Below are positions 59,163 to 64,000 of a DNA stretch of 64,000 bases, piece after piece; positions within the stretch are counted from its first letter, which is position 1, and each line of letters begins with the position of its first letter. A program made the translations under genes and the position numbers. Source of the stretch: an uncultured Gemmatimonadales bacterium (lineage in GTDB: Bacteria > Gemmatimonadota > Gemmatimonadetes > Longimicrobiales > RSA9); contig CAWCRS010000003.1 in the NCBI GenBank assembly GCA_963798085.1, positions 576,001 to 640,000 of the forward strand, in the 5' to 3' direction. Below the pieces are notes generated by a model. That model saw only the letters and a list, made by a program, of their open reading frames with translations, did not search any database and was not told the origin of the DNA.

Positions 59163-60464
59163 TCAGACGACGAAGCGGCCGGGCGAGAGGATGCCCGCCG
59201 GGTCGAAGACGTTCTTCAGGCCGCGCATCAGGTCCACAATGGGACCGGGTTCACCGAACGGATCGAAGCCCGGGTCGGCAGCGGGGGGCGGCATGGGTGT
59301 GGTCACGGTGCCGCCATGCGTGGCCAGCTCGTGGCGTGCCTGGTCGATGGTGGCAGTCAGCCGGGCGGTGGCGTCGTACGTCAGTGGTTCGGTGCGCCAC
59401 ACGCGAACAATGCCGTTACCGGCATGGGCTGCAATGTGCCACGCATCGCGTCCGTGCGCATCGTGTGTGTCCCCATTGGGTGTGACGGCGGCGCTGGCCA
59501 TGGCCACGAGGCGCTCCAGGTGGCTGGGCAGTGATGCCATGCGCACGGCGATCAGCGCGCGTGCTTCCAGATTGGCGAGCCCCTCCCAGAAGCGACTGGC
59601 CGTGGCCTCGTCGAGGAGTTCCGGAGGTGCCGGCGAGAGTGCCTGGAGTCGTCGCCTGGCCTCTTTGACAAACCCTTCATTACCGCGGCAGCGCACGGCC
59701 AGCGCCCACTGGCGAGGTCTGCCGAGCGCGGCCGCAGTGGCGGGCGCCAGCAGCTCCATGGCGGCGGGCCAGGTGTGGGCGGCGCGGCCGGCAAGCGCGC
59801 CCAGCTGCACGGGATCGCCGGCTGCGAACAGCGCTGTTACGCCGGTCTCGGGCGCGGGTCGCAGCCGCACGTGCGCGGCCGTGATCAGGCCCAGCGTGCC
59901 GCGGCTGCCGACGACCAGGCGCACCAGATCATAGCCCGCCACATTCTTCACCACACGACCGCCCAGGCGCACAATGCGACCATCCCCGGTGACCAGCTCG
60001 AGACCCAGCACCTGGTCGCGCGGCGTCCCCAGGGAGAGGCGCAGCGGTCCGGCGCTGGCGAGCGCGATGGCGGCGCCCAGCGTGGCGCCGGGCCGTGCGG
60101 GCGGATCGAGGCCCAGCATCTGCCGGTCGACGGTAACGGTTTCGGCCAGCTCGGCGAGGGGCGTGCCGGCGGCGGCGGAAATGGTGAGGTCGGCGGGTTC
60201 GTAGTCGGTGACGCCGGCCAGCCGCTCGGCTGATAACACGACATCAACACGGTGGGGCGGGCGCCCCCAGTCCAGCCATGTGCCGCCGCCGGCAAGCTCG
60301 ACAGCCCAGCCGTTTTCACTGCAGGCGCGCAGCAGAGCGGACGCCTGTTCCACGCTCCAGGGCGAAACCACGGCAATGGGCGTGCGCCCGTGCACGCGGA
60401 AGGGCGAGAACTCGCCCTCGGTCACTGCGTCGACGCCGAGCAGCTGCCGCAGCCGCTGGATCAT
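59163..60464 (-). CDS. glcE: Glycolate oxidase FAD-binding subunit
   Basis: YEPADLT, GGRVVKNVAGYDL, GSRGTLG, FDPAGILSPGR. Confidence 0.88.
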   Translation of the reverse strand: MIQRLRQLLGVDAVTEGEFSPFRVHGRTPIAVVSPWSVEQASALLRACSENGWAVELAGGGTWLDWGRPPHRVDVVLSAERLAGVTDYEPADLTISAAAGTPLAELAETVTVDRQMLGLDPPARPGATLGAAIALASAGPLRLSLGTPRDQVLGLELVTGDGRIVRLGGRVVKNVAGYDLVRLVVGSRGTLGLITAAHVRLRPAPETGVTALFAAGDPVQLGALAGRAAHTWPAAMELLAPATAAALGRPRQWALAVRCRGNEGFVKEARRRLQALSPAPPELLDEATASRFWEGLANLEARALIAVRMASLPSHLERLVAMASAAVTPNGDTHDAHGRDAWHIAAHAGNGIVRVWRTEPLTYDATARLTATIDQARHELATHGGTVTTPMPPPAADPGFDPFGEPGPIVDLMRGLKNVFDPAGILSPGRFVV

Positions 60465-61915
60465 CAGACCTCCGCTTCGACGCGGCGGGTGGCCGGGCCC
60501 ACCCACTCGCGGCAGACACGCACGGGCAGGACCTTGGCCGGATTGGCCAGCCCGCGCGGGTTGAAAACGCGGCGCACCGCGCACATGAGTGCCATCTCCT
60601 GCTCACCGAATACAAGTGGCATGTACTCGCGCTTGTCGAGACCAACACCGTGTTCGCCCGTGATGCTGCCACCCGCATCGATGCACGCCTGCATGATGGC
60701 GCGAGACGCACGCTCGACGCGGACCACATCGTCCTCGTTGCGGCGGTCGAAGAGGATGACGGGGTGCAGGTTGCCATCGCCGGCGTGGAAGGTGTTGCAC
60801 AGGCGGAGCTGGTTCTCGCGCGCGATGGCGTACACCTGATGCAGCACGGCGGGCAGCCGGCTGCGCGGTACGACGGCGTCCTGCACGAGCACGTCAGGCG
60901 CGAGGCGGCCCATGGCGCCGAACGCTTTCTTGCGCGCGTACCACAGGCGCTGGCGCTCGGCATCATCGCGGGCCCGGCGCACATCGCGCGCGCCGTGGCG
61001 GATGCACACGGCGCGGGAGCGCTCGGCATCATCGGCGAGGCCGGCGGTGGCGCCGTCGAACTCGATGACCAGCGCGCCCGCGACGTCGGTGGGCAGGCCG
61101 GCCGCGTAGGCACTGGCTTCGACGGCGCGGATCGCTTCCTGATCGACCATCTCGAGCGCGGCGGGCAGCAGGCCTTCCGCGACGATGGCGCTGACCGCGC
61201 GGCTGGCGTCATCGATGTCGTCGAACAGGGCGAGCAATGTCTCGACCGACTCGGGCAGCGGCAGCAGGCGCACCGTGATCTCGGTGGCGACGCCGAAGGT
61301 GCCTTCGCTGCCGACGAAGGGGCCGAGCAGGTCGTAACCGATGTCTTCGCCCGGTCCGCCCAAGGTGATCGGGTGGCCGTCGGGCAGCACGACTTTCAGC
61401 GCCAGGATGTGGTTGACGGTGGTGCCGTACTTCAGACAGTGCGGGCCGCCCGCGTTCTCGGCGACGTTGCCGCCGATCGTACACACGGTCTGGGAGCTGG
61501 GGTCGGGCGCGTAGTAGAGGCCGAAGGGGCGTGCGGCCGCGGTCAGGCGTGCATTGGCGACGCCGGGCTCGACGACAGCCAGCTGGTTGTCCTCATCGAT
61601 GCGCAGGATGCGGTCCATGCGGGCGAGGGACAGGACGACGGCGCCTTCGAGCGCGAGTGCGCCACCGGACAGGCCGGTGCCGGCGCCGCGCGGGACGAAT
61701 GGGATGCCGGCGTCGGCGAGCAGGCTGATGGTGGCGGCGACCTGGTCAGTGCTGCGGGGGAGGACGAGGGCGCGCGGGCGCACGCGGTGGGCGGTCAGTC
61801 CATCGGACTCGTAGACGAGCAGCGAGTTGGGGTCCGTGACGACGGCGTCGTGGCCGAGGAGGCGGACCAGTTTGTGTTCCAGCGCTTCATCGAGCTGGGC
61901 GGGCGCGTCGGTCAT
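60464..61915 (-). CDS. glcD: Glycolate oxidase subunit D (FAD-linked oxidase)
   Basis: RGAGTGLSGG, APDPSS, NAGGPHCLKYG, HAGDGNLHP, GEHGVG. Confidence 0.9.
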   Translation of the reverse strand: MTDAPAQLDEALEHKLVRLLGHDAVVTDPNSLLVYESDGLTAHRVRPRALVLPRSTDQVAATISLLADAGIPFVPRGAGTGLSGGALALEGAVVLSLARMDRILRIDEDNQLAVVEPGVANARLTAAARPFGLYYAPDPSSQTVCTIGGNVAENAGGPHCLKYGTTVNHILALKVVLPDGHPITLGGPGEDIGYDLLGPFVGSEGTFGVATEITVRLLPLPESVETLLALFDDIDDASRAVSAIVAEGLLPAALEMVDQEAIRAVEASAYAAGLPTDVAGALVIEFDGATAGLADDAERSRAVCIRHGARDVRRARDDAERQRLWYARKKAFGAMGRLAPDVLVQDAVVPRSRLPAVLHQVYAIARENQLRLCNTFHAGDGNLHPVILFDRRNEDDVVRVERASRAIMQACIDAGGSITGEHGVGLDKREYMPLVFGEQEMALMCAVRRVFNPRGLANPAKVLPVRVCREWVGPATRRVEAEV

Positions 61916-61953
61916 GGGGGGATAGTAGTGGTGGGAGGCTGGGAGTGGCAGTA

Positions 61954-62183
61954 CCGGACCGTCTTGGCGTTCTTTCCTTGTGCCACACCCAGCTATCCCG
62001 AGGTCGGCTGACTCGGGGGGATCGTTGTGCTTCTCCGGTTGTGCTACGCCCCCGATGGCATTCTAGCGCCCAGGCGGCCCGACGCCATGGCGGTGTGGGG
62101 ATCGCGCATTGCCGGCTGGGATTCCGCTGGGCCGTCGCTGCATGGTGGAAGGCGACAAACCCAAGAACGCCAAGACGGTCCGG
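61954..62183. repeat. Intergenic element bounded by perfect 21-bp inverted repeats (REP/MITE-like), copy 2
   Basis: CCGGACCGTCTTGGCGTTCTT (61954-61974) and its exact reverse complement (62163-62183). Confidence 0.8.
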
Positions 62184-62208
62184 AGTGGGCACAACCGCCC
62201 CGTCCCGC

Positions 62209-62976
62209 TCAAATGCGCGCTGATCCGCGCAAAACCCACAGGTCATTCGACCGCGCCACCCGCCCGGCTTCACGCAAATAGTCCAGGTACGCAAGCGTGG
62301 CCGAAGCGGCCACGGCGACGAGGGCCTCCGGGATCGCGTCACGGTAGACGGCGCGCGCGACCCCATCCGTGTCGAGGGGACCGGCCTCGAGTGCTCGCAG
62401 CACCTGCTCGAGGCGGGCCTGGCGGTGGGCGATATAGCTGGCGATCGCGCGGTCGGGCTCAGTGAAGGCGGGGCCGTGCGCGGGGTGGATGACTGCCGGC
62501 TGCAAGGCGCGCAGGCGCTCGAGTGATTCGAGATAGCGCGCCAGGTTGCCTTCGGGCGGCGCGACCAGAGCCGTGTCGAGACCCCCCATCATGAGGTCGC
62601 CGCAGAACACGGCGTTAGCCGGCCTCCAGTGAAAGGCGGCGTGATCCGGCGTGTGGCCGGGCGTCGCGAGGGTGAGGAGTTCGCCGGCATCGGTGCGGAT
62701 GACGTCGCCTGCAATCAGATTCCCGTGACCGAGCGAGCGCACGGGCGCGCCCAGGCGCCCGGCCAGCGACTCGGCGCCGGCGGCGTGATCCGGATGCTGA
62801 TGCGTCAGCAGGATGGTGGTGCTGGCAGCACGCGTGGCGTCGGCTATCGCGTCGAGATGCGGCTGCAGCAGCGGTCCCGGGTCGATGATGGCGACCACGC
62901 GCAGGCCGATGAGGAAGGTCCGGGTCCCGTCCAGCGTCATGGGTGACGGGTTGCCGGCGAGGAGCTCGCGCAGCAT
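62209..62976 (-). CDS. MBL-fold hydrolase (LACTB2-like) with C-terminal winged helix
   Basis: NPSPMTLDGT, THQHPDH, TPGHT, CGD, PAHG. Confidence 0.88.
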   Translation of the reverse strand: MLRELLAGNPSPMTLDGTRTFLIGLRVVAIIDPGPLLQPHLDAIADATRAASTTILLTHQHPDHAAGAESLAGRLGAPVRSLGHGNLIAGDVIRTDAGELLTLATPGHTPDHAAFHWRPANAVFCGDLMMGGLDTALVAPPEGNLARYLESLERLRALQPAVIHPAHGPAFTEPDRAIASYIAHRQARLEQVLRALEAGPLDTDGVARAVYRDAIPEALVAVAASATLAYLDYLREAGRVARSNDLWVLRGSARI

Positions 62977-63024
62977 GGGAAGGTCAGGCCGGGACGCCCG
63001 CGCCGCGCGTCCCGGCAGCGTTTG

Positions 63025-63495
63025 TCAGCGGCGCTCGGCCATGAACACTTCGGCGAGCTTGTCGGCCACCATTTCCAGCGCTTCCTGATTCGGCGCATCG
63101 AAGCCGTCGGGCTTGCGGCTGTCGATGTCGAGCTGGCCGAAGATCTCGTCGCCGGCGCGGATGAGCACTACCAGCTCTGACTTGGTGCGCGGACTGCAGG
63201 CCAGGTAGTTCTCCACCTTGGTGACATCGGGCACGTTCTGGTTGGCCTTCTCGGCGACGGCTGTGCCGCAAATGCCTGTGCCCACGGGGATCTTGGCGTG
63301 CTCGGTGGGCTCACCCACGTAGTTGTGCAGCCACACGACGTTCTCTTCGGGATTGAAGAGGTATACGCCCACGAAGTTGAAATCCAGGTCGGTGGTTTTG
63401 ACCTGCTTGACGGTTTCGCGCAGGATGGCGTCGGAGAGGTAGCCTTCGTCGCGCATTTCCTGGATCCGCTTGACCAGCTTTCCTGCATCTACCAT
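63025..63495 (-). CDS. GAF-domain protein, free methionine-(R)-sulfoxide reductase-like
   Basis: VGVY, GICG, YLACS, SELVV and LDIDS motifs typical of fRMsr/MsrC. Confidence 0.8.
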   Translation of the reverse strand: MVDAGKLVKRIQEMRDEGYLSDAILRETVKQVKTTDLDFNFVGVYLFNPEENVVWLHNYVGEPTEHAKIPVGTGICGTAVAEKANQNVPDVTKVENYLACSPRTKSELVVLIRAGDEIFGQLDIDSRKPDGFDAPNQEALEMVADKLAEVFMAERR

Positions 63496-63580
63496 GGATC
63501 GTCTGCCTTTCCCATCAGGTGGATTGCATCGTCTGTAAGCCCGTGTTAGAGCTGCCCTCCGGGGCAGGTCGCACGGGCGT

Positions 63581-64000
63581 TCATGTCTCGGCGTCGAGCA
63601 GCACGGCGCGCACGGGCGAGCTGTCGGCGTCCGTGAGTCTGAGGGGCAGCGCCACCAGCGTGTAGCGGCCGGGCGCCACGTCGCTCAGCACCAGGTTCTC
63701 GAGTATCGCGACGCCGTGTCCGCCCAGGATGCGGTGTGCGTCCAGCGTCTTCGAAGCGAAGGGATCGACCGATGGCGCATCGGTGCCCACCAGGCGGACG
63801 CGCGCGCTCCCCAGCCGTTCCGCGAGCGCGGGCGTGAGCGCGGCGAAGTGCTCGGGAAACTGGCCCGCGTCGACCTGTTCGCGCGTGCGGAAGAGCACGC
63901 GCTGCTCGCGCTGCAGCTCGATGCCGTTGACCACGTCCGCATCCAGGCTGTCGCGGCCGCGCGCGTCCACGACCAGTGCCGGCCCGAGGAACGCATCCAG
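63581..64000 (-). CDS. Cyclase family / kynurenine formamidase (KynB-like), C-terminal part
   Basis: VGTDAPSVD, AH, ILENL, LVALPL, DSSPVRAVL. The 5' end is outside the window. Confidence 0.85.
   Translation of the reverse strand: MDAFLGPALVVDARGRDSLDADVVNGIELQREQRVLFRTREQVDAGQFPEHFAALTPALAERLGSARVRLVGTDAPSVDPFASKTLDAHRILGGHGVAILENLVLSDVAPGRYTLVALPLRLTDADSSPVRAVLLDAET

Overview
High-GC (about 70% by eye) bacterial chromosomal window. The gene content (repeated PadR/orphan-permease pairs, secreted hydrolases) suggests Gemmatimonadota or a similar lineage; this is inference. Several genes, including lysC, carry single-base frameshifts, which most likely reflect an error-prone long-read assembly. 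The left two-thirds is accessory: five translationally coupled PadR + MacB/FtsX-type orphan permease pairs, secreted hydrolases, a Rieske/membrane-protein trio and a BBE-type FAD oxidase. The main finding is a tightly packed ~10 kb minus-strand operon (23409-33609) that looks like an uncharacterised bacterial fatty-acid oxygenation (oxylipin-like) system. It encodes an alpha-dioxygenase-like heme peroxidase, an atypical P450, a small putative beta-barrel protein, two tandem RoxA-like di-heme c proteins, a catalase-fold protein, a membrane protein and an ICMT-family methyltransferase. The right third is mostly housekeeping: cystathionine gamma-lyase, patatin, dacB, a DUF5916-type protein, a PLP decarboxylase, a dapE-like-asd-lysC-dapB-dapA-dapD operon, GNAT/M20, glcDEF, an MBL hydrolase, a GAF/MsrC-like protein and a partial kynB-like gene. 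Non-coding signals include palindromic operators at PadR promoters and two copies of an intergenic element bounded by 20-21 bp inverted repeats. No tRNA, rRNA, CRISPR array or transposase was seen.
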